Below, one piece after another: positions 40,301 through 50,731 of a stretch of 64,000 bases of DNA. Made by a program: the position numbers and the translations under genes. Within the stretch, counting starts at the first letter, position 1. Each line of letters starts with the position of its first letter. Below the pieces are notes generated by a model. That model was not told the DNA's origin, did not search any database, and saw only the letters and a list, made by a program, of their open reading frames with translations. Source of the DNA: Amoeboaphelidium occidentale (Eukaryota); contig JALGPX010000005.1 in assembly GCA_023515795.1 (NCBI GenBank), positions 124,001 through 188,000 on the forward strand. The letters run 5' to 3'.

Positions 40301-42552
40301 TTATTCGCAATCCACTGCTGGTAAAGAGAGATACCGATACTTTTCTCAGTTATATCAAATTCAATGGAACGTTTCAGGAGGGTCAGTCTGTTAATTTGAA
40401 TGCTTTGCAACAACAGGCACAAATGTACGCTTCTAATATGGCGATGTTTATTGACGAAAAGAGGAGAAAGCTCATGTTGCACGACAAGAAGAATATTTGG
40501 CAAATTTCTTTAAATGACTCGAACGCTGTTCCAGAACTTTACTATGAATCTTCCTTCTTCACGCCTTTAGTAGCCGCTGCTAACAACTCTGTCTATTTTG
40601 ATATGTTGGATAACTACTGCCCGGGTTTTATCAGATCTGCGGTTGTGTCTACCACTCAAATGGTCACCACTGTTGAGCCAACAATTGTGACAAATACTGC
40701 AATATCTACTGAGGCGAAATCGACGACATCTTCTGCAGTCAATTCCTTCTCAACTACTTTTGCTGTTACTACTTCTGCCTTCATAGTGGCGAATACATCA
40801 AGCACCACTCCCGCATTGGCGACTACAACTACCAAAACAACTGAGATGGTTATGCAAAACAGAACAGCTGTTGACTTTACCACCACGAAACAGTCATTTA
40901 CAACCTTGACTGTCAATCCTTTCACAACTTCAATCAACTCAACTAACTTCAATGGAACTGTTATCATGTCACCTCTGGAAGTTGTATTCTCAGAGCAAGG
41001 TGCATCTGATTTTGCAGTTACAGTCAACGTTATTACAGGTACTGCAATCGCTGGAACCGTTGGTGGTAGTATTGTTTCATCAGTTGTTGTTAGCTCGACT
41101 TTGGCTGGCGCGGGCGCTGGAGCTGGTGGTGTTGCTGGGAATGCGGCGTTAGCTGGCCAAGCAGCTGCTGGTCCTTACATTTTGATTGTATTGAATCAAC
41201 TGCAATTCATGGTCTTGTTGAATATGATAAGTGGTGATGTACCGCCATTCTATCAATCGTTTGCAGGNAACGTTATTACAGGTACTGCAATCGCTGGAAC
41301 CGTTGGTGGTAGTATTGTTTCATCAGTTGTTGTTAGCTCGACTTTGGCTGGAGCTGGTGGTGTTGCTGGGAATGCGGCGTTAGCTGGCCAAGCAGCTGCT
41401 GGTCCTTACATTTTGATTGTTTTGAATCAACTGCAATTCATGGTCTTGTTGAATATGATAAGTGGTGATGTACCGCCATTCTATCAATCGTTTGCAGGAG
41501 GTATATCCTGGGTCATGCTTGGTTTCAGTGGCGCCAATTTTGGAACATCAACATCCCCTTCTTTAAACAAGAGAGATGGCGTGATTTCTGCTGTTAATTC
41601 AACACAGAATGGTATGGAAAGATATGCTCAATCTATAGGTTTGGACGTATCTCAAGTGTTTTCGTCGTTCATGATTATTTTCCTATTACTTGCCGGTGCT
41701 GCGCTTTTACTAGTCTTTGTGTTTTCCACCTTCCGCAGGTATCAAGAGAAAGTAAAGGCCGCAAAAGATGGAAATACTCCAGCGACATTTGGCGCAAAAG
41801 TCACTAATGTTGGCTTAACTTTAAGCAGAAAAGGTTTTGGACATTTGTTCATTTTTGCGTACATCTCTATGTGTACGCTCTCTGTCGCGCAACTATTCAT
41901 TGCCGACACTATTGGAAACTTTTTCGGAGCGCTCGTTTTGGCAGTCATTTGCACTGGATTTTTAGCAATGTTGTCTATTGCTATTATTAAGCCAGACTAT
42001 GAGTGGTCCAAGAAGTTCTTGAGCGCTACAGAGCCTGTTTATAATACTTTCTTCAAAGAGATTGTTTGTGGAGATTATAAGGACGAACATGTTTTTGCTG
42101 GTGTTGTTAAAACGTTTTTCAAGTATTTAGTCGGAATTATTACTGGTGCAGCTCAGAATGTTCCTGTCGCTCAAACATGCTTGATCATGTCGATTTATAT
42201 TTTGCAGGCGGTTTACTTTTTGAAAACTAGGCCGCATAAGTTCAATGCTGTGTTTTGGGTAGAAATTGTTGCCACTCTTGTGAGTGTTGTAAGTTTGGCC
42301 CTGAAAGTTTATACAACAGCTTACCCAGATGTACAAGTTGCAGCAGTTGGAGCAGCTCTGTTGGTTGTTAATGGTGCTTTGATTATCCTTGTCTTGGTTG
42401 GTATCATGGTAGAACAAACCGCCAAATTTCTTGATAGAAGAGCAAAAGCCAGAAAAACCGGTTCTGAAACAGAAAAGAAGGATGAAGATCTTGCTAAGAG
42501 CGCTGAGCTCAATAGTCCTGATGTCGGTGGACTCGACAAGAAGGACGAATAG
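37324..42552 (+). CDS. Large membrane protein: signal peptide, three tandem extracellular repeats, Ser/Thr stalk, TRP-like (FLC-type) multi-pass domain
   Basis: Single-exon ORF with three homologous ~340-390 aa repeats; LNQLQF..L..ISG.VPPFYQSF..W motif followed by about 7 TM helices. About 240 nt are duplicated at N 41268, so the true length is roughly 1660 aa. Confidence 0.75.
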   Translation: MKLYELKAWPGVLQVVMLQVAMMIMLIDAAKFKQTYAFVSTNIMDDNSTGVPIKTQSIITKLTYETGYPTHPADAKVLTNFGLESYAKYHAMAFDQETGILYFSTVEPDDSYRGGPSQFTVNIKMVDVFSNEEAPASLLLEYSFFSWNASTPELYHMITDIKLDKNLGLLLFSYSDRGPDVSTRIIAFSLVNNNFTIVWDSPEGPFFDTVFVLDTANTSVYTYFGEEFVVFDYSNPTGSIPADYMLMESMFKPPPLYWDLDIATFGAVYAVKESNFVFLLTALDYFGGEFPIGPIGLSMADQKKLIFDFSLNKTVFYDEYNIWNYDYVTGNLFLKFDFGPTSPTPLPFLKGAPSIPKIARYCLGDTVDVFVPECASCVTNNNKIVNFVSVNTVDYYYYGDNSNIPEAPQSYLGTIGYPVFKNILPNDGISSYDKSQPIVFDEENGYLYFGNLEPAGVNETNIFTCNLKRVDVYNNSFPAAELVYTFDTFVWETRFLGCSVNDLHLDKERNLLVIAWTPPELNQNRELGVLNLTSAIFDTIYQTDDFLGDIIGLDTAAGTLYVTRFSDLVFFSYLELSNATVPSSIVTVENFQVYTDFAVGREEDEPKIFYVDSYVLPGTSLPRDALYSKPLNSSEEKRRLYDLDFLDYLSQRSPSQYKVSLDASNRKLFLYGLYHVIQFDLNDISKEPELLWDSTLNGNPWIQEVVASQIVRFCRGYTESFGPVTETTTLASTTMNPSTTLPTMTPKPTPAPTICPTCSDQDIQNVAFISYTDAQFYGESLPQQVFSYIAKVGFPGLYAPFVEFLPNLGTESFGNQQMAYDDKTGLLYFTTLEQVFVDGFPKNFSCNVKVVDTKNPAFPPSELLYTISNFPVESLEKCFINQLDLDSERSLLVISWGIYPNGYSNHIGAYNLSSKVYDVLWSPPTYDLFGRMVDLNKKTGEVYVFLSSYLTKFSYLDFSDATVPKNAKVISFEIPFPPNYVIDWAGDYPVMYFIRNPLLVKRDTDTFLSYIKFNGTFQEGQSVNLNALQQQAQMYASNMAMFIDEKRRKLMLHDKKNIWQISLNDSNAVPELYYESSFFTPLVAAANNSVYFDMLDNYCPGFIRSAVVSTTQMVTTVEPTIVTNTAISTEAKSTTSSAVNSFSTTFAVTTSAFIVANTSSTTPALATTTTKTTEMVMQNRTAVDFTTTKQSFTTLTVNPFTTSINSTNFNGTVIMSPLEVVFSEQGASDFAVTVNVITGTAIAGTVGGSIVSSVVVSSTLAGAGAGAGGVAGNAALAGQAAAGPYILIVLNQLQFMVLLNMISGDVPPFYQSFAXNVITGTAIAGTVGGSIVSSVVVSSTLAGAGGVAGNAALAGQAAAGPYILIVLNQLQFMVLLNMISGDVPPFYQSFAGGISWVMLGFSGANFGTSTSPSLNKRDGVISAVNSTQNGMERYAQSIGLDVSQVFSSFMIIFLLLAGAALLLVFVFSTFRRYQEKVKAAKDGNTPATFGAKVTNVGLTLSRKGFGHLFIFAYISMCTLSVAQLFIADTIGNFFGALVLAVICTGFLAMLSIAIIKPDYEWSKKFLSATEPVYNTFFKEIVCGDYKDEHVFAGVVKTFFKYLVGIITGAAQNVPVAQTCLIMSIYILQAVYFLKTRPHKFNAVFWVEIVATLVSVVSLALKVYTTAYPDVQVAAVGAALLVVNGALIILVLVGIMVEQTAKFLDRRAKARKTGSETEKKDEDLAKSAELNSPDVGGLDKKDE

Positions 42553-42580
42553 TCTTTTCGAGAAATATATTCAATGATGC

Positions 42581-43191
42581 CTAATTTTCACCAAAACCCA
42601 CAGGTATCTTGTTTACGTGCCCACATTTTGCGCATGTTCTCAACGCATCGTTTGCATAGTATTTCTCGATCACCGGCTTGAGCTGAGTACCAAGATCGAC
42701 GCAGTGAAACGCTTCTTCAAACACGATTAGTCTGCATGCTTCGTTCTCACAGTACCATCTCAAACGATCTAATTTTAATTGTCTCCAGAGTCCATCAAGC
42801 AGTTACCTAGAGCCCCCTCTGGTCTTTGTCGTTCAATGACTATTCCAATTGTATCAGCAAAGCGACATGGATTATGCGGAACATTGGCTGGCAACAAGAA
42901 CATTTCACCTTCTTTAATGGGAATATCTTTAAACTCTCCATCATCAACGATTTTCAGGAGCATGTCGCCCTTGTACTGATAGAACCATTCCTAATTTGGA
43001 AAGCGTTAAATTCGCTCAATGCTGTTCAAAACCTCAGTTTCCTGACAATGATAATCAGTTCGAACATTTGGCCCGCCAACTGCCATCACAATAAAGTCTC
43101 CGCGATGGACCAAATAATTGTTCACTGGCGGTCTAAGTTTGTCTTTATTTTCCTCAATCCATTTAGCAAAGTTAATTGGTGGCAATATCAT
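42581..43191 (-). CDS. BNA1: 3-hydroxyanthranilate 3,4-dioxygenase, 3 exons
   Basis: [45 protein letters not shown]...[14 protein letters not shown]. Confidence 0.93.
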
Positions 43192-43228
43192 GATCACTTT
43201 GAGAATGGAATTGTTCCTTCGGCCGATT

Positions 43229-43540
43229 ATGCTGCGCCAAAGATTCTTGTCAATATCAGCCAACACAAGATTGCCACGGCTGATACGACCGCAAGAACCG
43301 ACGCCTGAGGAATGTTGTAACTCTGATTGTGAATACTGTGTCACTGATCTTTATCAAGAGAAGTTAAAAGAATATGCTGATGAACTGCAGAAGAGGAGAT
43401 CGCATGCTAATTATCAGCTTACGAACGAAGAGGAACAGTTCCTTAAAGAATATTTATCTAATCCATCAAAAGTAAGTTCTCCCAAAAGCGTAGCTCAAGA
43501 TGCTTTCGATCAGCTGGAGAAATCTCTTCAAAGCAAATAG
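43229..43540 (+). CDS. Oxidoreductase-like N-terminal domain protein (OXLD1-like), probably mitochondrial
   Basis: [17 protein letters not shown] motif; Arg-rich presequence MLRQRFLS; C-terminal AFDQLEK. Confidence 0.8.
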   Translation: MLRQRFLSISANTRLPRLIRPQEPTPEECCNSDCEYCVTDLYQEKLKEYADELQKRRSHANYQLTNEEEQFLKEYLSNPSKVSSPKSVAQDAFDQLEKSLQSK

Positions 43541-43781
43541 ATTTACTGAGGATTTTTAACTGACTGGAGTTCTTGCTTACTTCTCATGGTCGCCTTTCTT
43601 CGTAGACACCTTAGTAGTGATCGCGCGGAATATGTGTGAGTGAATCCCCACGATAAAGCATGCAGCACTTGAAAAATTTAGAATAATCATTTTATTAACT
43701 GCTTCTTCTTGTTCTTAATAAAAACTGCAATACCAACCTGGGCAATAGGCATGTAATGACATTAAATCCAAAGTTCACTCC

Positions 43782-45242
43782 TTATGATTGCCTGAAACTA
43801 CATATCATTTCGGCATTATCAGGTAATGTAACCTCAAAATCAAGAGAACTTTTGTACTGTTTAAAAAGTTCTCGAAGATAAAGAGATGCGAGCTTCGATG
43901 TGAATAGATTTCTCGCCTTTGACGCCCTTTCAGTAACCCAACTCGCGGTATCATTAGAATGATCTGCTTGCCATTGCACAATCCAATCCAGTTTACTGTT
44001 TATGTCGTCCAAGTTAGTTGAAACAGGGATGTAATCAATCAACGGTTTCAACGCGATTGTAATGAAATCCAGATATTCTATCTCCTGCCGAAGTATCACA
44101 CTTTGTGTAGTCACCAAATCTTTGATTCTGTCTGAGAAGGAGTTTCCACCGACGTCGAGTAAATACTTGAACTTTGCCGACTCTACCGGATAGTCTGAAT
44201 AATTCGTAGTTGTCATGTTGATGCTTTGAAAATATCGCCATATCTCAATGGGGGTCTCAACATAATAATTGCTAAACAAAACGTCCATTTTTGGGTTATC
44301 ATGCGCTAAGCATATCAGCTTGTATCTCGTTGTGTTCTTCAGCAGAACCAGAGATTCCTCTTTCGTTAAATTAACAGCTTTGTATGCAGCCAAAATTTCT
44401 GGGTCAACGTTTAACATGCGAATTCCAGTGGTACTTCCTCTCCAGAAGATTTTATCTGCTTTGGACGTCCAATTCAAATCCAGAGAATGCTGCAAATACT
44501 TGGGCCGAGTTGCATTAAACTTCTTCGAAGACCATGTGTGATATGGAATCATGAAGTGCTTTTGGCCAAAATCTTCTCTTCTTCTTGAGGTTGCGAAAGA
44601 CGGAGGTCTACATGATGGTATATCCTGGGTACTTATCAAGAAGTCAACGTTGGGGATGGTATGTTCACTGTTATTTCCCATGGAGTACAATTGTTGCAGT
44701 AAATTGCATAGCGAAGGGAAAACATCGTCTCCATGTACGGGCCTATTGGATCCTTTAAATGGCTTTCTTGAATTTGGGTGATAGTACAATGCGTGGTCGT
44801 AAATCACAAGTCTCGCTTCACATTCTGGAGTGATCTCGTCAAGATTTTGTGATTTAATCTTCATCAGTACAGACTCCAGCATAGCTTTCTCGTAACTTTC
44901 ACGGAAGAATTCAAAGTTGTTCAGGTGGCTCGTGCTATTGCGGAACTGCCAATATGCGAGATACTTTGCCAGATGTTCTTCGTTATCGAAGGGTTGATGA
45001 TTTACCGTCCATTCTGGCCTACCAAAGATCTTGGAGTAGTTGTAGAACATGGAGTGTTCACATTCTTTAGCATCTCCAATGAGATCACATCGATCTGTTT
45101 CATTGATCAGAGTCTCCAGATGATCAGTATCATAGAAGGCCAGAAACAAGGCTAAGAAGGCTGTGTACGCACCCATCATGATGACCATGATCTGAATGAT
45201 CCTATTGAGTCTCGATGAAACATGGCTGATATTGCTCTTCAT
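43782..45242 (-). CDS. Glycosyltransferase family 90 (CAP10/POGLUT-like)
   Basis: N-terminal TM; IPNVDFLI, W..K.DKIFWRGSTTG, KFKYLLDVGGNSFSDR, LKP..DYIPV. Confidence 0.85.
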   Translation of the reverse strand: MKSNISHVSSRLNRIIQIMVIMMGAYTAFLALFLAFYDTDHLETLINETDRCDLIGDAKECEHSMFYNYSKIFGRPEWTVNHQPFDNEEHLAKYLAYWQFRNSTSHLNNFEFFRESYEKAMLESVLMKIKSQNLDEITPECEARLVIYDHALYYHPNSRKPFKGSNRPVHGDDVFPSLCNLLQQLYSMGNNSEHTIPNVDFLISTQDIPSCRPPSFATSRRREDFGQKHFMIPYHTWSSKKFNATRPKYLQHSLDLNWTSKADKIFWRGSTTGIRMLNVDPEILAAYKAVNLTKEESLVLLKNTTRYKLICLAHDNPKMDVLFSNYYVETPIEIWRYFQSINMTTTNYSDYPVESAKFKYLLDVGGNSFSDRIKDLVTTQSVILRQEIEYLDFITIALKPLIDYIPVSTNLDDINSKLDWIVQWQADHSNDTASWVTERASKARNLFTSKLASLYLRELFKQYKSSLDFEVTLPDNAEMICSFRQS

Positions 45243-45609
45243 AATTGCAGGCTTTTATATCTAAGATCTATGAGTCGTCAGAACTTTGGATAACAGGTCG
45301 AACTTCAATTCTAGCGGTCAGATCCTTGCTTATGAAAGGGACTAAATCTTGTTATAACAGTCAAGCTTGACTTGATTACCTTATCGCTAGCTTCCCAGGG
45401 AAGAAATTCTTGAAGAGACGATTCCCTGAGCGACGTGCGTGACCCTGATCGCAGTCCAAACAATTCACCCGTGTTCGTTCGTAAGCTACATCTCATAGTC
45501 TACCATACTGCGTAAAACCTACTCTGCACACTATTCTAAGTCGATAAAGAAGAATACTTCATCTGGAATGGCTGCGAATAATCTTGCCATAAATAAATTT
45601 TATTGACCC

Positions 45610-47577
45610 TCAGCCCTGTGAGCCTTTTCGCTTTGCTCTTCCTGACTGACTTCTTTCGCGAAAATTATAAGCTTGGTCGGTGACATTAGATCCGTCATCA
45701 GTTGCCAGACTGGCATCAGAGTCTTTGAATTGCCTGACGAGCTTATTCGGTTGGACTGGAACTTTGTAGCCACCGTTGGTAACTTCTGCAAGCTCATCCG
45801 TGCCATCATTCACGTCCAGAGTTACTAAAAGACTGCTGACACTGCCATTAGTCAACCCGCTCGTCTTCCTATGTGATTTAAAGTTTGCTAAGCGAGCCTC
45901 CGCCATCATTGCCATTCTATCCCTTTCAATACGTTCATTCTCGCCCATCTTCAGTAGAATAGGTTCAACAGATTCCAGCCAGTTCTGCTGAGGTCCAACG
46001 ACAGACCCAGGTCTCATAATTCTGCACCAACTAATGCAGTTTCTGGCGGTCCAACCAAACTTTTTGATCATCCAGCAGCAAATCAAAGAACCGGTTCTAC
46101 CAAGACCAGCTTTACAATGTATGGCGATCGGTCCAAACTCAGCAGGATTAAAGTTCGCTACAGGTGGCCATGGAGGAAGATGTTTGTCGCAGATTTCAAG
46201 GAACGTTTGCACAATAGTATCCAGTTTCGGAACCGAGCCATCAGGGAAATATAACTCATAATGCTCCAAGTTCTTCTCTAGAACCTTATTCCTGTCATAC
46301 ATCTTATTGTTCAATCTGACTACAGCCTTTATGTTCAATTCCTTCAAAAATACCAAAAGGTCTTCAATTTTGTACATTGGCCTGAATCTTGTTGACCTGA
46401 TTGTCGGAAGCCTATTCCCTCTTTTGACCTCTTCATGAAATGCAAGTAATCCTGGTGGTGGATTATCATGAGGAGTTGCCATGGCAAGGAAATAATTTGG
46501 AATAACCCAATTGAAATCACCATTCTCAACCTTTTCATAGTAATCATATTGTTCAGTATCAAACGTATCAATATCAACAAGTTTCAATTCAAACACTCCT
46601 TTATACAATGCTTTGAGACAGTCCAAAATGTCAATCCAATAAGTTGCCATTCCGTAGCCAGCATCTCTGAACGGTGCGATTGGAAGGGACATCATCTTTT
46701 TCATAAATACGCTCAAAGCCTTCTCAGGTGTTTCTTTCTTCGATAAGAGTATATAAGACGCGAGTAAGAATATTGCGTTTGAGCATTTATCCATGTTGAA
46801 TGCTGCAATCATCAATAATTGCTTGTCTTGAAGCGAAGGATCCTTAAAAATTCAGCACCGATGCTTTCAAATAATTTACCGATAGCTTCTTTTCAATAAT
46901 ACTCTTAAATTTGATGACTTGAGATATGTTTACTGGTCCAAAGTCCATGTGAAATCTACTGTAATTCAGTGCAACATCTACCGAGAACACGTGAATGTTC
47001 GTAGAATTATTAAGTACGATAGGGTGGGAAACATAACTATCGAAATAGAGTCGACCTACTATTTAAATCATTAGTAAAGATCTACCTGGTATGACTTGGA
47101 CTGCGTTGGCGAGTATTTGGTCTGACTGAGTTGAGATCGAATCGTTTGATGCTGCTCTTGATCCAGCTTTCTTCTTACTTTTCTTTTCAGCGATAATCCT
47201 TGCTGATTTTTCGATATTCGAGAGATCATTAGTAAAGTTCTTTGTCTCGGAGCTGTTCATACTGATGCCTTCTGTGCCCTGTGAACTTTCTTGCTTTCGG
47301 TTTGATCCATGATCATGTTGCATTATCACATCATCACCGGGTGTAATCGGCGAAGGAAGCCCTGTGAAATACTGGCGGATTTGAGATGCATAGCTACTGA
47401 AGCTTGTGGGCTGCACAGGCGTTGTTGGTGTGATCATGTAGCCTTAAACGTCAGGAACATCTTTGATGAAGCACGATTACCTGTATTGTTCGGTTCAGGT
47501 GTGACGACCAGCGCCTTCTTAGATCTATTAAGTACATTGTGATCAGTAGTATCAGAATCCATTGAACGGTCTTGCAT
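45610..47577 (-). CDS. CDC14: Cdc14 dual-specificity phosphatase, multi-exon
   Basis: DFGP, FRDAG, YEKVENGDFNW, VRLNNKMY, FPDGSVP, HCKAGLGRTG, RPGSVVGPQQ. The 5' exon and start are assigned tentatively. Confidence 0.9.
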
Positions 47578-47645
47578 TGCAAGGAATGAATTTTTGTAAA
47601 TCACTTATTAATAGCCACGTGTATCCATGACAACCGACTGCTCAC

Positions 47646-47826
47646 TGTTGGAATTAATGCGAATTCCAGTTTAGTCGATTCAATACAAACACTTCCGTTT
47701 TGGTCTGAGTTGTGGCTGAGTAATTTGACGTAGATCTGTAGATCAAATAAAGTTAAGTGCGAAGTGAACGAAGTGCGTTTATTTCGGTCTTGCTAGGTTT
47801 ACAGTTAAGTAAGTTAAGCGTTTCTT
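47646..47826 (+). mobile_element. Ty1/copia LTR, truncated by a contig join
   Basis: Starts TGTTGGAAT; near-identical to 57239-57412 apart from a 7-nt indel. The 88-nt left flank recurs at 47828-47915 without the LTR. Confidence 0.88.
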
Positions 47827-48257
47827 NTCCATTGAACGGTCTTGCATTGCAAGGAATGAATTTTTGTAAATCACTTATTAATAGCCACGTGTATCCATGA
47901 CAACCGACTGCTCACTGAGTTTAACGCAGTTTCTCTAAAACAACTTCAGCCGAAAAGATACAAAGCAAAAGATGAGTTGAAACATTTATGTCCAATAAGC
48001 CATTCATTCACATGTGACACGATCTGCAAGACGATCAAAAGACTTCGCCGCCAGTTTTTTTAACCCCTTGAATGCCATGATTCTAAAAGTATTAAAAAAT
48101 CACTTTCGTACAAATTTACCTTGGTTACTTTTGTGCGGACTTGTCAAGCCGCTTCTGTGATCTTGTTAAGATTCTGTAGGAGGAGGCACGAGTACTCTGA
48201 GTTGTTTCAGTCTGTGCATGGATAGTCTCATCACCAGNGGATTGCCCTTCTGATTCT

Positions 48258-49660
48258 TTGCTAAAACAGATGGAAGTTCTGTCGCGGGATGAATTAGTTG
48301 TCATGATATTCTCTGATTTTGTTTTGCTAGTTGATTTACACAAGGACAAGCATAGCAAGTTGCAGCTGAAGGGCGTGCAAAGTGTTTTTCATTCAGACAC
48401 GGAAAAAAGTCAGGGTAAATTGTATCTATTCAGTCTATCAGAAGTTCATATCATTGATTTGTCATTAATTTATAAATCTGAGTCAAATGCGAATAAGGCT
48501 GATCAGGGAGTTAATATCGCTTACAAGAAAGCTTCCACGAAATCATCCTGCTACTTGTTCAATTCGATTCTGAAAAATATTCTGCAAGACAGTTTTACGA
48601 AAGAGTTTCCACCAAAGAATCAGCAAGATCTTGACTCTCTAGTGAAGTCTTTGTACGATTGCGACAGGTTGGCAAAAGAAGATCTCCAGAATGTGCTGTA
48701 TTATATTCAATTGTTCTTTGAGTCTGAAGATGCTGTGAAAGCGCCTTTGAGTATAGGCAGCAGATTAATGTATGCTTACTTCTTATTGGATTCCTCGTCG
48801 ACAAATGACAGGCTAAAGGAAGCATATCAAATATTGTCTTGCATTGGTTTAGATTTGATTGATAATTGTGACTATATCTATGGAACTATGTTCAAAGAGG
48901 GACAATTTAAAAAAGGCATGACTGAGGATGGCTATAAAGTTGAAATTAAAGGTCCTATTTTGACAAGGCCTGGCAGAACTGCTGAGAGTGTTCAGTATAA
49001 CGCTGCACTTTTGATCAATGATTATAGAAACAGAAGAGTGAGAAATCAAAGGAATCGAGTGGAAGCTGTCAGTATTAGCTTCATGCCATTGAAAAGAAGA
49101 GAAGTATTTGATGAAACAGAATCTGAGGGGGAAGCCGAAACTGAGAGAGTTACTGAAGTCTCGAAAGAGATCGAGAATCCTGAGTTTGTTGAAGATCAAG
49201 TTATAGAAGAAGAGCATGAAGAAGAAATCTCCTCTACTGATAACGAGATAGAACATAGCGCAGTTCCTAATACTCCAGTTGCTGCATCGAAACCTGCTTC
49301 GTCTTGGCTTTCAACATTAACTGGATTGTTTAGTCCTTTCGTTCCAGGATATGGCAAAAGAGAAAGAAGTCTGTCAGCAGAGCATACTGATGACGAAGGA
49401 GAAAAGAAGAGTGTTTCATTTGGTAATGTTGAAGTCATTGAAGATAAACCAATCAACACAAAAATCAGAGCTCGGACAAAGAAAGCCAAGAGTACACCGC
49501 AGTTCAGCACTCCACAGCCTCAACGTCAAGAAGAGTAAGTTTTTCTATTATAGAAGATTAAATAGTTTTAGGCTAAGCAGGAGGAGAATAACAAGAAGTA
49601 TGGTTAAAAGCAAGAGCAGCAGAGTCTGAAAATAGACCTTTGTCAGAATTAAAATAATTT
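48258..49660 (+). CDS. Hypothetical protein with ELYS-like domain; 5' end lost at contig join N 48238
   Basis: FPPKNQQDLDSLVKSL...LQNVLYYIQL resembles the YPP..L...YYllD start of the ELYS domain; acidic/basic disordered tail; probable short last exon. Confidence 0.5.
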
Positions 49661-49675
49661 ACTGATAAACGTCTT

Positions 49676-50731
49676 TCAATGACTTTGTGGTTTCGGTTCT
49701 TCAGCGGATTGAAAGAGCTCAGACTTCGTTCTAACCTCAAGGAAATTATCTCTGAAGTCATTGCCTACTTGGGATTTCAATATTGCAAGCAAATCGACGA
49801 AATCATAAGCTTCCGAACCGGTAGGCTTGGGGTGAAGGTTTTTGAAACCATCGATTGCACCCAACATAATGTTGTCCATTTGAGTCTTATGTCCCAATTC
49901 GTAGAGCTTCATCAAGTTTGAAAAATGCTGTGCTCGATTGTCATTGACTGTTGCTTTGATAACGCCACTACACAGAACCTCAACAAACATTTTGCCCACC
50001 TCTCTGGAAAATTCACGGAGATCAATTACCAGAGGTTCTTCCCTTTCCATGCGAATATCCAACAACTCTGAAAGAACGATGCTATATTTTCTCAGAACTT
50101 CCGGATAAACAGAAATGTTCCCATCACGAAATTGTACCGTAGCCATTTCTTCACTAATGTCGATAGACCTGAAACACAAATCCGCAAACTCCGAGCGAGC
50201 CTTTTCCGTATCAATGTTGGTGCACTGACCATCTGGTCGTGGAACAAATAAAGCGAAAGAAACGGTCACATTCTGTCCATATGGTCTTGAAGACAAAGCT
50301 TCATACGGCATATGAAAACCTCTTTCACTTGGGTCTCTCCAACCGTACCAACCATTTTTCTTCGCGAAAACTAACGTGGTATTAAATAATAGCTGTTCAT
50401 CCTTGCGTACAATGGCAGAAAATGTTGCCGGTAAGTCGAAACTGTCATCTGGACAATCTTCAACACAGCTGGCTGATACATTGAGCCCTTTGAGCCCATT
50501 TAATTCTTTGTTCTGAACCACTGAAAACTTCCACTTCCCATATCCTTTGATTAAAGCATTTTGAGGCTGCTTAAAGTCGATACGATGCACTTCATCTGAG
50601 GATCCGAAATCAACCAGCGTGAAACTCAAGTCTGCTTTCAACATCGGTACCAGACACCGATCCAAAACCATGGAACTACCAGCAGAGCAAAGAGCAAGAA
50701 CCAGGAATGCGTATAATATGAACGAATTCAT
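49676..50731 (-). CDS. Predicted secreted protein with MATH-like and BTB/POZ-like domains
   Basis: Signal peptide MNSFILYAFLVLALCSAGS; beta-rich middle (WKFSV...GWYGW); BTB-like TVQFRDGNISVYPEVL.KYS.VL..LL...IDLREFS.EV.KMFVEVL.SG. Confidence 0.65.
   Translation of the reverse strand: MNSFILYAFLVLALCSAGSSMVLDRCLVPMLKADLSFTLVDFGSSDEVHRIDFKQPQNALIKGYGKWKFSVVQNKELNGLKGLNVSASCVEDCPDDSFDLPATFSAIVRKDEQLLFNTTLVFAKKNGWYGWRDPSERGFHMPYEALSSRPYGQNVTVSFALFVPRPDGQCTNIDTEKARSEFADLCFRSIDISEEMATVQFRDGNISVYPEVLRKYSIVLSELLDIRMEREEPLVIDLREFSREVGKMFVEVLCSGVIKATVNDNRAQHFSNLMKLYELGHKTQMDNIMLGAIDGFKNLHPKPTGSEAYDFVDLLAILKSQVGNDFRDNFLEVRTKSELFQSAEEPKPQSH

Noticed and set aside
48125..48237. Minus-strand ORF fragment next to N 48238
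   Set aside because: It may be the 3' end of a gene lost in the contig join; too short to assign.
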